Shown in pieces: positions 39,398-54,000 of a DNA stretch of 64,000 bases. Both the position numbers and the translations under genes were made by a program. The stretch lies in assembly GCF_001194135.2 (NCBI RefSeq), contig NC_068997.1, positions 55,393,411 to 55,457,410 of the forward strand, written 5' to 3'. A model generated the notes under the pieces. That model was not told the DNA's origin, searched no databases, and saw only the letters and a list, made by a program, of their open reading frames with translations. Origin of the DNA: Octopus bimaculoides (Eukaryota). Position 1 is the first letter of the stretch. Every line of letters starts with the position of its first letter.

Positions 39398-42300
39398 GAT
39401 ACTTTTCTAGTTTATTAGTGAGAAGGTAAACTGAGTTAATCTCTCTTGGTTACTTTCTTCTCCTACTACTACTACTACTGATGCTAATATTACTATCCAT
39501 GTAAATGTCTAGATTCCCTGCAATAATCCCCTAATGGAAAATATGCTGCCAGCTGTATTTGAAATAATGACAATCATAAATTCCTTTATTCCATTTTTTG
39601 TTGTTTGAGAGCCAAAGATAAGTAATTGAAAGAAATATAGACTCATGTCAAAAACATCTGGTCTCAGTTCTAGCAGTAAAAACAAAAAACAAAACAAAAA
39701 AACCTAAAAAACAAACTCTATGGAGAGGTCAGTTGTTCTGTGTTTTGTTGCTTATTTTTTTTTTACTTATTTCCTTTTGCATTATTTTCAATTTCCCTAC
39801 AAGACTAATATTGTTATATAACATAATTCAAATAAATTTAAATATCTAAAATATATATTTTATTGCATTCTGTCTTACTACATAATGCCGTTATGTTGCT
39901 ATGGGAAATTATATGAAGTTTTTTTGTAAGTTTCTAAAACTGGATTTCATGAGTATACTATCAAGTAGATCAATAGTGTCATTAATCCGTTATGCAAATG
40001 GAAAGAATAAAGCAAAGCAAAATAACAAGTCTTTCAAAACTCAATATCACATTTTGATTGTCTTGCAGTCTTCAACAATTTCCAATATTAAATATTTTAA
40101 TCATACCATTCCTGTCCTTCTTCAAGTGATATTTTTTGATTCTTTAATCCCTCCAGTTAAGTCATGATGCTCCTCTCACTAACAAAAATAGCTGATCTAT
40201 AGGAATTCGTTTTTTGTTCTTCATTCAAAACAGTGTACCAATCTCTTCAACAGCACCACTCTACCTGTGTTCTTTAATTTTTAACACTATTTCCCTCTGT
40301 GATGCAGACCTTGCCATTTTTCATCTCTTAGCAACCTTTCACACTCAGGAGACAACAACATATAATATACACTACTTCTTCTAGTTTTATGAAGAAATAG
40401 AAAGAACTAAACAAGAACCACAACAACAGTTGACCCAATTTTAAGGCACATCACAAATGTAATGGGAACAGGCATCAATTCTTCATTATATTGTCATGAC
40501 TTTTAGTTTCTAGGATGGAATCCTTAAAAGATACACTTTCATCTCTTATTTGACACCATGGATTAATTTGGCTTATCAATTCTTGTCCCAAATATTATGT
40601 CAGAGCATTACAAAGAACTTAAATAAAGAAGATAGAATAAAAGCAACATGTGTGCATGTGCTTGCATTTGTGCATTTGTCTGTGTGTGCATTTGTATTTT
40701 CAAATATATATTTGTGCCTGTGTGTACATCTGTGTTCATTTATCTGTGCATGTATAGCCACACAAAAGGACTCAATCACAAATTTTCTCCATGTAAAGTC
40801 TCTAATAATACTCAGTAGAATTTCCAATATTAAAAAAATACAAAAAACTCTCAATTTCCTACTAAAAGACTTTTGGATTGAGCAAGAGAGATTATCTTCA
40901 TCTCTCTTCACAGTTTCATTACCCACCAAGGAATTTTTTTCAAAAACATGTTAACAGAATTTTGAACTAGCTTTTTTTTTTTTCTGTACTGATACCACAA
41001 CTCCCATTGCTGATATACTGCTTCTCTTTCTTTTCCAAGAATTACAATATTACAAGTATGGCTATTCACAGAGAAATAATCTGCTTTTTTTTTTCTTTTT
41101 TTTTCTCAAGAGACTTTTCTTTTATGTTAGTTACCAATTTTAAAAGAGATGCCATTCAGGGTATTCACTTAATCTTATACCCAACCCCAATTCTTATATT
41201 AAATCTTATTTTATTAAAAATGTTCATTGAAATTCAGTTTTTTTGTTGTCTTCTTTGTCTTTTTAACTCTTATTTTTTTTTGTTCCTGGAATCCTGTAGT
41301 GTGCATATAAAAGATTAAATATTCACAAGTCAGTGTGTGGAATGAAAGCTTTTAGCTATAATGCATCTTATGGTTCATCTGGTACAAATGTTTTCGGAGA
41401 TAGGAATATCTTTACTCAAATCAAATCGGTCTTAGCATTTTCTTTCAAAAATAAACAAAATATTGTTTCTTATAAGCGATCACTTCTAAAAGCCAAAATT
41501 CAAAGTATGTATTTCTAAATATGTGTGTGTTTGTATCTATATATATATCAAAGAATAAATTACTTTTAAACCTTTTGAATATCAAATGAATGGATACAAT
41601 AAAATACAATTACTTAAAATATATTTGCAACTACAATACTTTAGATACTGTAGATATATTTAGGTCACAGATATTTACTTTTAAGACATCAGACTCTGAA
41701 TTGATAATTTTGAATGTAGGAATTTTTTTGAATAGAATTCATTAATTACTATTATGATCAACTTTTTAATTTTCTTTAATTATTATTCCAAGTTCAGCTT
41801 TTGATGATGCAACACAGCAATCTTAACTATCAATTTTTGTGCACAAGAGAAAAACCTGAGATGATCATGTTTTAATATTCTACAATCATTTGATTACAGA
41901 GAACTCTGAAGGGAAAAACAGAAAAGAAAAGATGCCATGCTGTGCACTGACAATGGAAAATGCTTCTGCTTGAAGAAGAAGTTGGGAAGGAGAGATGGGG
42001 TCAGAGCTGGAAATGTTGTGTCTCATCAATGAAGGTATGATGAAGAATCAAGTGAATTTGTGAATTGCTGTATTGCTGACTGATGCAACCCATGACAAAT
42101 TAGAAAACAGATGTAAAAACGATGATAATAATGAGATACTACTTGAGATAAGTAGAGGAGAAAATGTATTTTGACCGAAAGTTTGCTGTTTATTTTTAAA
42201 TTAATTGATAAGCGCTACTATCAAATTTGATGATGTGTTTCTCAATGACAAACAAGTTTACATGTGATACAGGAAGAAATGAGAGATTACTAATTGTAGA

Positions 42301-42869
42301 GGCAATTATTAAACTCATCAGTTAAATTCATTGCCATTAAATATAAACTCTCCATTTCACATCCATAAATGCGTATTCTAAATGTAAGAAAAGTTATGGG
42401 GACCATTAATCAATGTAACAATGCATAGCACACATTATCACCATACTACACATGCATAGGAGCATGCATGAACACATATACATACATACATACACTACAT
42501 ACACATGTATGAATACATACTTACACACATTACAGACATACCTGCTTGCATACTTTCACACAAGCATGGAATTCCTTTTTTGTAGATCAAGTTTCCTGCC
42601 CCAACATTCACAAGATGATCCCTCAAGCCACAAGAAAGAAATCCAGAATTGCTCAAAAACTTATAGCAAACTTTTATTTATCCGTTGTATACAACTGCTT
42701 CTATTTATTCAATTATGAATCAAAAAAGTAAGGACAGTGATGCAAATGAATTATCATCCAAGTGATTCTGATGATTAAAATTTGTGAAAAAACCTGGAAA
42801 TTATTAAATGATGTGAACATGGTGAATTGTTTGCAAAAATTTCAAGCGCCAGCAGAATATATGAATCAT

Positions 42870-44020
42870 TTGAAAGGACCATGATGAAAAAGAAAGATGA
42901 ATAGAAATAGCAAGATATGACCACATGAGCATAAATATGAAAAGCAACCAACAAACATAAAAAAGCCCTATAATTTCCAACAAGGAATGTCTTTTATTAT
43001 TGTGGATTAAAGACTGAAATTACAAAGGAACTGCATTCAGTTAATCCTTCAAGCTATAACAATCTTTATAAGCTAACAGAAAACAAAGAATGCGAAACAA
43101 ATGAGGAATTGAAAGCAAGTCAAGGATAGGGCTATTATTTTAAGGAATTTCAAAAGTACATAAAGAACAAAATATAGAAAGAAAAGATTTCTGGTGAAAT
43201 TGCAAATGGAAGCAAAATTCGTGCTGAGAAATTTCCTGATGAATCAAAAAAGATTATTGAAGAAGATGGATGCAAAGAACAACAAATTTTTAATGCTGAT
43301 AGTAATGGATTGGTCTGGAAATAAATGCATATACAAACATTTTGGCAGCAAAAGAGAAATCTCAAGAAAGGCACAAATATGTAAATGATTATTCGACACT
43401 CTTTTGGGTGTCAATGTAATTGGAACCTGCAAATTCGAATATACAGTGGCATATCAATTTCAAAACCCTAGAGCTTCGTCATTAACAAAATTTTGGAAAA
43501 TGCATATGATCAGAGACACTATTATAAACATAGGTGTTTCATGGCCTGAAGATGATGCTAGCTACACATGCTGGGAGTTAGCAATATGTTTTACTGCATT
43601 TTGTAACTGACTTTTCTGGCTTGGAATCAATGATCAGAAACAATTGCAGAAGATATCATTCAAAATGATAAAAGTCTAGGGCTTGAAACTTTCAACACCA
43701 CTGACATCCATAAGGGAAGTGATTCTCATTCAAGGAATATTGATGATGAAATACTTGAAAATGGACGTTAAACTTGCTTATGGATATGAAGAAGAAAATT
43801 TAAATGTAAATCTTATGGAAGGAACAACTGCTAATGAATTTACAATGCATGAAATGGAAGGTCTTAGCAAAAAAACTATTCCCCCAGATCCAAACATAGA
43901 AAGAAGCATGAGAGTTCAACTAATCTTGTAAAATTTATTTTGATATTACAATGACATGTATGAAGAGATAAAAAAGACATTAGCCCAGACTATGTTATCC
44001 AAATATTTCTCTAAAAAAAT
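42870..44020 (+). pseudogene. Tigger/pogo-family DDE transposase remnant with internal deletion
   Basis: KISGEIANGSKIRAEKFPDESKKIIEEDGCKEQQIFNADSNGLVWK*M (cf. FNADETGLFWK), LLGVNVIGTCKF..YQFQNPRA, TKFWK..IRDTIINI..SW, DPNIERSMRV, QTMLSKYF; multiple stops and frameshifts. Confidence 0.85.
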
Positions 44021-44850
44021 GAATCTTACATCTAATTGTATGTTTAGTCAAATAGAAAATAACCAAAAGAAACTTATTCTTTCTTTTGTTTTTGTTTCTG
44101 ACATTTGTAATGAGTCAGTGAGGGATTTAAATTACATAAGATGCATCTCACAATGGGGTTTCCAACAAGACATCAAGGATATGGAACACATTAACAGTGC
44201 CAGTTCTAAGACAGTACAGTGCAGAACTATTGAGGCAGTATGAGATTATACAGAGACACACACACACACTCATCTTGTCAGTGGGTTCAACTACTTGGCT
44301 GTGCTCATACTGGAGCACAGCCATATACTGTTACAGGCTAACATCTAGAATAAAAAAGAAATGATGAATGTTGAGCTTCAGGAAAAGTTCCTACATTATA
44401 AATTCATAGAAGAAATAACTGAATTACATTGAATTGATTTATTGTGAGAAGTAAAAAAAACTGCAATGTTTCAAACACTTGTCTTTCTTTGAGAACAAAT
44501 ACAGCAGTTGATGCCATAATTGTGGAAAGGTTCACTGTCATAGCTTCTACATTATTTCTCTCTTTTAAAAGAAAATCATCCAAAATATTATCTTTTTTTT
44601 TTCATTCCTCACAGCAAATCAACTCACTGGAATTATTTTTCTTCTATAAACATTACACATATATATATGCATGAAATATAATAAATATACAACTCATATG
44701 CATATGATATTATAGATATACATATCATATATAATATATATGTAAAATTATAAATATGCATATTGTATACCTAGGATTTACATATAACATTCGAAATATA
44801 TGTATGATAGTGTAAGAATACATTTAATATCATAAAGTGAAATTTCTTTT

Positions 44851-45078
44851 TTAACCTTTCAACATCTAAGTAAACCATATCAGAGCAAAATATTCTGCTT
44901 GTTTTATGTTCAAATTGGTCAGATCTGACTTCTCACACCTACCCTACAATGTCATACTAAAAATGTACACTTTCATCATCGAAACCTCAAAGTTACAAGA
45001 TAAATCATGATTAATTCAAAACAATGTGATTAAATAAGGATTAAATTTGACAATGTAATCTGAATGCTAAAGGGTTAA
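44851..45078 (+). mobile_element. MITE with TTAA-CC...GGG-TTAA ends (piggyBac-like termini)
   Basis: ttaacctttcaacatc...gtaatctgaatgctaaagggttaa; internal sequence near-identical to 38660-38765. Confidence 0.6.
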
Positions 45079-45463
45079 GCTGACACAAGCTTGTGTTTTT
45101 CAAAGTTAAGATTCCTGATTAATCCTTGAGACTGAACAGTAAATTTACCAATAAGCAAGCTCTTTCCTTGGGTGTAAAAGAATTGATCTAATTGATTCTA
45201 TTATCAGAATGTGACTAATCAATAAACAAATTGTCAGGTTTTGTGTTCCTTCTTTAAGAGATATGTTATATTACATTTTCGAAGATATCAACACAAATTA
45301 GAATCGTAATTGTGAATATATTTCCTTACATCCCACACCTGATAAAGATGCTAACAGAATATAATATAGTTTCCAATATATTCACAGAGTTGTTTTTTGC
45401 TTCCTTTCAAGCTCTCATATTCTTAAAGAGCAAATTCAGTAACCAGACTGGCTAGAGTTGTGA

Positions 45464-45950
45464 GTGTTGTTGCAATTACAGATAAAGCTCATTGTAAATA
45501 TGTTGATAAATAAATTAAGAGGCGATCTATTAAATGATGTATATCAATATTGTACATTAACTGAAATTGCCTTCTTAACTGAGAAAGAAAACTTTAACCT
45601 AGAGGTATTTCTCAATGCAACTAAAGAAAAGAGAACATTTCAAGAAATTAAGGATTTATTTCACAAATTTTATTTACGTGTAGATATGTCACTATCTCTG
45701 TTAATTACTGATGTGTATGTTTATGTTGAGAAACCTGAGTGTGTGTAACATTGTAAAAACTAAGATGGATATTTCTGTGTCTTTTCTTCCATTCTGACTC
45801 AGGTAAGAATTTCTGGAGATTATGTTTGATGAATGAAATTTGCCAATAAATAACTGATCTAAAGAATATAGCAAGGTAATTGATGAAGACAATTTAGAAT
45901 ATGAATAATTTTTACTGAAACAATACTCAATACAGAAAACTATGGCTATT
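45464..45950 (+). mobile_element. Possible decayed hAT (Buster/Charlie-like) transposase fragment
   Basis: ORF segment ATKEKRTFQEIKDLFHKFYLRVDMSLSLLITDV loosely resembles TTGEDIF.EV...L.K..L...KL.SITTDG; weak. Confidence 0.3.
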
Positions 45951-46039
45951 GCAGTTTTGAATAGACACAGGTACCCTGCTGGCCTCCCAATCTGACTCAA
46001 TGGAACATCCAGGATAGGATAGCTGGAAGGATAGGAGTC

Positions 46040-46190
46040 TCAAAGAGCACCTGCTTGGTACTCATGAGTTGACAAGAGCAATGGAAAATGAAGTACCTTC
46101 CTGAAGAACAAAATACTATCAGGTCCAGGAATTGAACTCTTTACTTTATGATCATGAAACCGACTCTTTAACTATGAGGCTTTGTGCCAC
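46040..46190 (-). mobile_element. SINE family C, degenerate head
   Basis: gagttgacaagagcaatggaaaatgaagtacc...ccagggaattgaactc. Confidence 0.55.
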
Positions 46191-47721
46191 CAGTCAGTAA
46201 ATAAAAAATTAGCATTTAAACCTAAGTTTCCACGAATAGAAGAATCACCTTGGAATTCGCTAAACTCAACATGAGATGTTGATCAGTTTAAAAAAACTGA
46301 GCTGCAACTAAATATAAAAACAAGAACAGAGGACAGTTCCTGTAAAGTATTATGAATATGTAGAAATATATAAATTTGCCAATATTTAAAGAGAAAATAA
46401 TGTTCTTTGATCGATATTTAATTTTTCTGTTTGGCAATTTTCGTTTTGCAGAGAAAAAAAAAAAGGCAAAACAAAGTTTACCAAAGTTATTTTAGTTCTA
46501 TAAGAACAGTGTACATACTTGCTGAATAGAGAAATTGGACCTTAATACATTATGTGGGAATGAAAAAGAATCCAAGTTAAAAGGATTTAAGAGAGGAAGA
46601 AGGTGTTTCTACAATTTTTATTAACAGATTGTATACAATATTTAACATGAGTTGTTCAATTTCAATCATTTAATTTTCTTTTCAGTCAAATATTTATGCA
46701 GATATTGCGAGTTAGAAATAAAGAAAATAACAACAACATTATTTGCAGCTGTTGGCACTTGAACATTTGTAGCTGGACAAAGAAAACTTTCCTTATATTT
46801 TATTTACATTCTATAAGTTGTGGATTTTTAAGTATGCTTTTATTCCCCTCTCACTAAACATAACTGCACAGATTGTTTGACAAAATCAATTTCTAGTTTT
46901 GTTGTTCAGAAACATTTTTATTCTGACATTAATATTTCTTAGAATATGGCAGTTAGCATTAGAAGATTTTACTAAGCATATATGACAGAATTGATTCTGT
47001 TGAATACATTTACTTAAAGCTGACATTTAAACAAAATACATGCAGGAATTTCATACCAAGAATGCAACAATTATGTGTGAAGAGGTGCAGAGTATAGGCA
47101 ACAGGTTAAAAGCCAAACTCGCCTCAGTTATTTTTTTTTATTTTACTAAATTGAGGATTGAGGGAGCAGACTTGGTATGAGTAGCACTTACTGTTGAATT
47201 GTATGAAAACAAAAATCCATTAGCATCAACATACTAGTCATATTTAGTAGTTAAGGGGTGGTGGTTGTCTACTGATGATCGAAATTTAAAATAGAGAAGA
47301 GATATTAAACTGATTAAATTCTTCAAGCTGAAAGGAAGGTGTTTGTCAATGTTGTGTAGTGTGAGGTCCAGAGGCAGGAGGTGTTCTGGATTGCAAGATA
47401 ATGTGTCAGAGAAAAGTTGTGATGTTAGATGGTGGTTTACTTGCACTTAGAGGCCCTGCAAGGAAAGAGGTATGAAAGTGAAACTATGAAAAGCTACTAA
47501 ATGTGTTTAATATATGGGAGAAGGAGGGTCTCCCTAATGTGAACCCAACAGAGAGATCAACAATCTGAGTTGACAGCAGCATGATAGATAAATAGATAAA
47601 GCAATTAAGGATATGTCAAACGTTCTGACCCATTCCAATATGGAAAGTAGGAGTTGAATTATGATGATGATGATGATAATACACACACAAATATATGTAC
47701 AGTACACGACAAAACTATAAC

Positions 47722-47973
47722 TGCATTATTTACATTTTAACGCATTTTGTCCTCATCTTCTTTGTTAACACGTTTCAGCTGATATACCTTCCAGGTGTCT
47801 TGGGGAAATTTCAAACCTGGGTTCTCATTCTTAAGGTATTTTTCGATGTAATTATTATTATTATTATTCAGGTCACAGCCTGGAATTGAACTTGGAATCT
47901 TGGGGATAGTAGCCCGCGCTCTTAACCACTACACCATATGCCCATGGGCCTCATCTCTTAAATATAGAACTGG
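47722..47973 (-). mobile_element. Second TSD-flanked copy of the tRNA-headed HHR element
   Basis: TSD aaactataac at 47712-47721 and 47974-47983; reverse complement reads [ccagttctatatttaagagatgag]-GCCCATGGGC-atatggtgtagtggttaagagcgcggg...(AAT)n...gacacctg(deletion)gaaggtatatcagctgaaacg. Confidence 0.85.
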
Positions 47974-49848
47974 AAACTATAACCACTTGTAACTTGAGTA
48001 TTGATGCAATATAGTTTATGAATAAACATGTAGATGGAGTAATTTCCATATGTTCAATACACATACATTCAATGTTGCGGTGAAATTGGGCTCCGCATTT
48101 AAACCACAAGAGCTTCAGCAGTTTGGATTATTTCTAGTTATTGGATCCGAAATATGAAATTGAATAACTATTATAGTTTAATGGAGCAGCTACAGATAGA
48201 CATGTAATTAATTGCAGTATTATAAAGAGTCACTTCCAATGAATGATCTGTAACAGAACCAGATATATTTCCAAATATGCTGATTAAGATTCTAATGCAA
48301 GAATATATTGTGTTGCTGTTGTTACATTGAATTTTGTTAGGTTTCAGGTGGCAAAAGAAATAATTACCAATGCATAATGAAACATATCTAAAAATCATTA
48401 TAGATTACTATTGTTAGCATTGACTTCTTTGTTATGTTTTAAGAATTCGCTAAGAATTGGACAGCTTAATGTTCAGTAATATTTTTGGCCTCTTACCAAA
48501 TTATCCAATTGTACTCTAAGCGATCTGTTAAATGATAGAACATTGCATTGTTCCAGTATTCTATAAAATAATATGAATTAAATTATCAATTAATCTCATT
48601 TCCTGTCAGTAGTTAAATATTTCTTTATGGCCATAGTTACTATTACACAAGCAATGGTGTAAAAATACACTTGTGCACTGTTGCTGACAAAGCTTAACAA
48701 TGAGCTTTGAGAGTAAACTGCCTTATTCATTCAACCCAAAAATAACGTTAGCGAACACCTCAGTTTTTCTTATCACAAATAATTAATCCCATTCTGCTAA
48801 TTTCTGAGATCCAGTTGTTTTTTTATGACTTTGTATCAATAAGAATTGTAAAAGGAAATCTTTGCAACAGCAGTAATTGTTAGGGATATCAGCACTGAAT
48901 ATATTTACTGAAATTCTACAAGTGATCCTGTAATTTACATCTACCTTGACAACATCATACATCAGCTGTTATCTACTTGAGATTTGTGTTGTTACACCAA
49001 TCTTTATTGGGCTTATTTATGTGTCTTATTTCTCTACACTGGTTCTTGGTCAGTCTCCTTATTTCTGTCCGCTGATTAATGTTGCCACCAAATTGTATGG
49101 TGAGTGGAACATCTTAAGGAAATACTTAATTAGCTTACTCTTAATACAACATTGGATTTTGATTTTGATATTACCACTACCCATAAAAGTGAGGGATATC
49201 AGCGTACACATAACCTGAGGGCTGATGACAGCAGAAGGTAATTGTGAAATTAAACAACAGAAGTAACAAAACAGAATTAGATCACACTGCAGCAGTTTTG
49301 TAGGAAACGGAGAATGAAAGCATAAAGACTAATGCAAAACCTCAAGAGAGAAAGAAAGAGAAATAAGAAGAATCATCTTTAAACTAGGAGCAAGAAATAA
49401 GCATAAGTGATGGAGAGAGTGAGTTTTAAAAGAAGGAGGAACAAAATTTGATCTTTAAACTAGCAACAAGGATTATTACGAATGGTAACACCAGGAGAAG
49501 CATCATCACTTTTATTTGTTCTCAGCAAAATCTTCAATGCTGTGTTACTTAGACCGTTATATGAAACTATTGATGTTGGACTGCATGGATTTCAGTAAGT
49601 TGGTCATGGAGTGAACAGAGCTTTATTCTGTTTGACATTATTGAACAGTGAGTTGAATGCCAGCAACAATTTTCAATCAATTTCATTGTCTTTAAGTGTG
49701 TTTGACAATGTGTATGGTAAACCAATATGGAACACTGCCAGGATTTACAGCATCCCACAGCAGTACATCAATATTTTTCAAAACATTAATGTCAGCTATT
49801 TTACAAAGATACACAGTGATACCACTAAACATTCCCTCATAGTGACTG

Positions 49849-49882
<34 letters not shown>

Positions 49883-51569
49883 CCGTCTGTCTGTGTGCAT
49901 GCGTACATCACTATTCCTATATTTACTGTTTAAATTTGTATGAAAAAATGCCAATAAAAGTGGCTAAAAGACAGATGAATTTTTCTTTTTTCATAACTTT
50001 TGAAATGGATGTTAATTCATCCTAAATTCTAAAGCTTGAGATTATTAATTTAACCCGCTTTTTTTTTTTACATCTGTAATGTAAATCATGTTTCTTCACT
50101 GTTGTGAATCAGACGTCTTTATATATACATACATATAAATACATTCATATATATATATGTATATTTATCTATATTTAACTAACTATCTATCTAACTATCT
50201 TTTTACCCCCACACACTCACGCACACACACATATATATGTGCAGTAAATATATATATGAATATTTACTGCTTTCATATATATATATGCATTCATACATAT
50301 ATTCATATATATATAAATGCAGTAAATATATATGAATATTTACTGCATTTATATATATGTGAATGCAGTAAATACATGTTTTGGTGTATTTCATTTAAAA
50401 AACTGATATATTTTTCTCTAAATTCAATGAAAAACAATCTGAAACACTCAATAGAACAGTGTAATAAATGCCAACAAGTTTAAATTAAATTGTTATCAAA
50501 ATTAAATTGTAATCAATGTGGAACTGAGGATGAAAATTCAATAAAATGAAGAAAAAATACAACCAAAATTATAGTTAAAAAACTAGAAAATATAACACCC
50601 ATATAAGGTAATCATTGATTATCATCTAATAGCTTTATAATTAATAGTTTTATAATTTTCCCATAAAATCTTGAGATATGGTGAGCAATATATATATTAC
50701 ACATTATGTAACACTATAATAACCTCAAAAATGTCCGCAGTCACAAATGAGATGAAACACAAGCAGATATAATAACATTTAAATAAAACATTGTGTCACT
50801 TTAAAAAAAAATTAACAAATAACCATAAATAATATAACAGAAATGTATCCATTACTCAGCAGTGGGAGAAAAAATTATTTCATTTTTGGAAGAAAATCAG
50901 AAGCCGGTGAGCAAAAGAAAATATGATACAGGTTTAATGTTGAGACGTAACGATGGTAGTTAATGCCTAAGAGACAATATCGAACTGATGAGATAATGAC
51001 AGTGATGAGAATTTATCTAATTAGAAAATGAGAGTGTTTTAATAATTCTGATTCTCTTTTCTCACCAAAGCTCTGAGGAAAACTCAAAATGAAAAATAAC
51101 TTTGATTAATCATTAATGGATCAAAAGAGCAACAGATTATGAAAGAAAATCTTTCTAAATATTTCAATAAATAATCTGGATGCATATGTATCAGTTCTAG
51201 AAACCCAACAACTTTGGATGGGTGCAAGTGGACAGACAGAAGAGAAAACAACTAAAATATACACAATCATACACACACACACACACACGTCTGTGAGTGT
51301 GTGTGTCTATGCATATATATATATATACATGCACATCAAACATTAAACAATGCATTAAATGCGAATCCCTTTAGTACTTTAATTTTCCCTGAAGAAGTAG
51401 GCAGTGTCCAGTAATGGATATCAATATCCTTTATTTGTATGGACAACTGGACCCCCAGATATGGCTGCCAGACTTTTAATACTCAAACCTTTCCTATTTT
51501 ACCTTTTTTCTGGACTCTTAACTTTCTAATTCCATGGTGTCGTTTTTTATTCTGTAAATCAGACTATAT

Positions 51570-51947
51570 TCTTTTATTCTTTTATTTGTTTGTCATTTGA
51601 CTGCAGCCATGCTGGAGCACTGCCTTCAGATGAGCAAACCAACCCCAAGACTTATTCTGTGTAAGCCTAGTACTTATTCTATCAATTACTTTTGCTGAAC
51701 CACTAAGTTACAGGGACATAAGCACACCAGTATTAGTTGTCAAGTGATGTTGGGGGAACAAACACGCACACACACACACACACACGACGGGTTTCTTTCA
51801 GTTTTTGTCTACCAAATCCACTCACAAGGCTTTGGCCAGCCCGAAGCTATAGTAGAAGAAACTTGCCCAAGCTGCCACTCAGCAGGACTGAACCCGGAAC
51901 CATGTAGTTGGTAAGCAAGCTTCTTACTACACAACCACTCCTGTACT
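51570..51947 (-). mobile_element. SINE family A, full length
   Basis: gtcatttgactgcagccatgctggagc...gacgggtttctttcag...gggactgaacccggaaccatg. Confidence 0.9.
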
Positions 51948-53504
51948 AGGACTATATATATTTTAAATATATTTTAAAAATGTTTAAATATCTATGTATT
52001 TATATATTTCTTATGTATTGATAAGTCTATATATTTTTACTATATTCATATATCTACATATTTTCAATATGTTTGATGTATTAAACATATCTTGAAACAT
52101 TCATGCAGATTGCTTCTATGGCCAAATGCATGTATTATTATATATGTATTGATTTGCCTAATTTGATTCTCATTTCTATACTTACACACACACACATATA
52201 TATATATATATTCATGCATAGAGATTTATATGATATGTGTAATGAAAGATAAGGTACCAATATAGTTTTCATGAAGCGTATAATATCAAGCAATTTTGTA
52301 TAATTAAATCCTGTGAGCCAGGATGGTGCTAACTGCTTGTGAATCTGGGTGGCAGGGAATGGAGTGAATTTTAAGCTCATTAACAAACATTAGATTCAAT
52401 GAAATGTTGCAGAAAATTGTAACATTATGAACACTTTCTTTTAATAGAGGAAGAGAAAATGAGAACTAGATATATGTACACACACACACACGTATGTATG
52501 TATAATAGTTTGGTTGCATGTATAAATCATTAAAATGTCTATACATAAGAAACATTAAATTGTGAATGTGTTTTTTGGTAATTTATCTTTTATAGAAAAA
52601 TGATCCTCTTCTTTACATTCAGCAGTTATATATGGACCTATAGAATTGAGGAACTTTTTTCAGTCTGTGATATAACAATGCCGTTAATTTCTAACAGACA
52701 AACGAAACCCTGAAAAATAAAACATCACCATATCACCGTCTCCTCTCTTCTTGCTTGGGTTTGTTTTTTGATTATTATTTTCTTATGAGGAAACTCAATA
52801 GTAAGATAAAATAATTGATAAGAGAGCAAATACATATGACATCATATGATCATAGCAGAGTGAATTCATCTTGACTCTTGCTCATGTGATTATACAATAC
52901 GAAAGAGAGGGAAGGAGAGAGAGCAAAGTGTAATTTTATGTGTAGGAAATAGGTGTAAGATATTTATAGGAATATTTCATTAGCAACTAACTGACTAAAA
53001 CCAATCAATACTAAAGATCACTAAGGTAATCATTTACAGCACTTGACTTGAGATAACTTTAATCATCATCATCATCATAATCATCAAATGACAAATATCA
53101 TCCATATGTAAGTGCTAATGAATATCTAATATCTATTATCTAGAACGTATACATTTATGGTAATGTGTGCGCGTGTGTGTACAAATACACAAGATATGAG
53201 TCCATATGTTGGAGTGCATTTTCATTTCTAAAAATCTGTTGCATATTTTTGCATGTTTAAATACTTCTGTTTGCATGGGTGTGTAAAGACATATGTGTGC
53301 GCGTCTGTGTGTGCATATTAACTAAGTGCACGTATGTTTGATAAGATTAATCGAAAGTGCTTGCAAATATTAGGAAAAGAACTTCTTCCAAAAAGGTTAG
53401 TAGCATCCTACTAAAAGGTTTTATGCCTTTTTTTAAAAAATAATTTCAAAAAACATCCCCTACGTACTTAAAAAACTGCATTAAGTAATTTTCAGAAAGA
53501 CTTT

Positions 53505-53658
<154 letters not shown>

Positions 53659-53679
53659 GCCCTGGGAAAATATCAACTT

Positions 53680-53795
53680 GCTTGGAAACAGGTGAGGATT
53701 AGCAACTGGAAGGGCATCCGACCATAGAAAATCTCTCAAATAAACTCTATCCAACCCATACAAGAATAGAAAAGTGGAAGTCAAATGATAATGAT
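53680..53795 (+). repeat. E-type repeat tail
   Basis: ggaagggcatccgaccatagaaaatc...ccaacccatacaagaatagaaaagtggaagtcaaatgataatgat. Confidence 0.55.
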
Positions 53796-54000
53796 ATACA
53801 TACATATATATATACATGCATATACATGCATACACATACACAAACACACACATATATTAAATTAATAATATACTTGCTATTAATTTAATGTATAAATTAC
53901 ATATAAATTTTTATAGCATGCTGACTACCTGATTAAAATCATTAACATGATTTTTATCCTTATATTCTATTGTGAATTAATATATATATATATATATATT

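Noticed and set aside
40050-40340. Possible RTE reverse-transcriptase fragment (MKNGK.., RIPID)
   Set aside because: Similarity too weak to support a feature call.
49219-49255. CTGATGA...GAAAT hammerhead-like spacing
   Set aside because: Only a wobble-rich stem II, and no stem III or cleavage triplet.
51385-51425. CCTGAAGAAG.. possible HHR start
   Set aside because: No downstream GAAA core.
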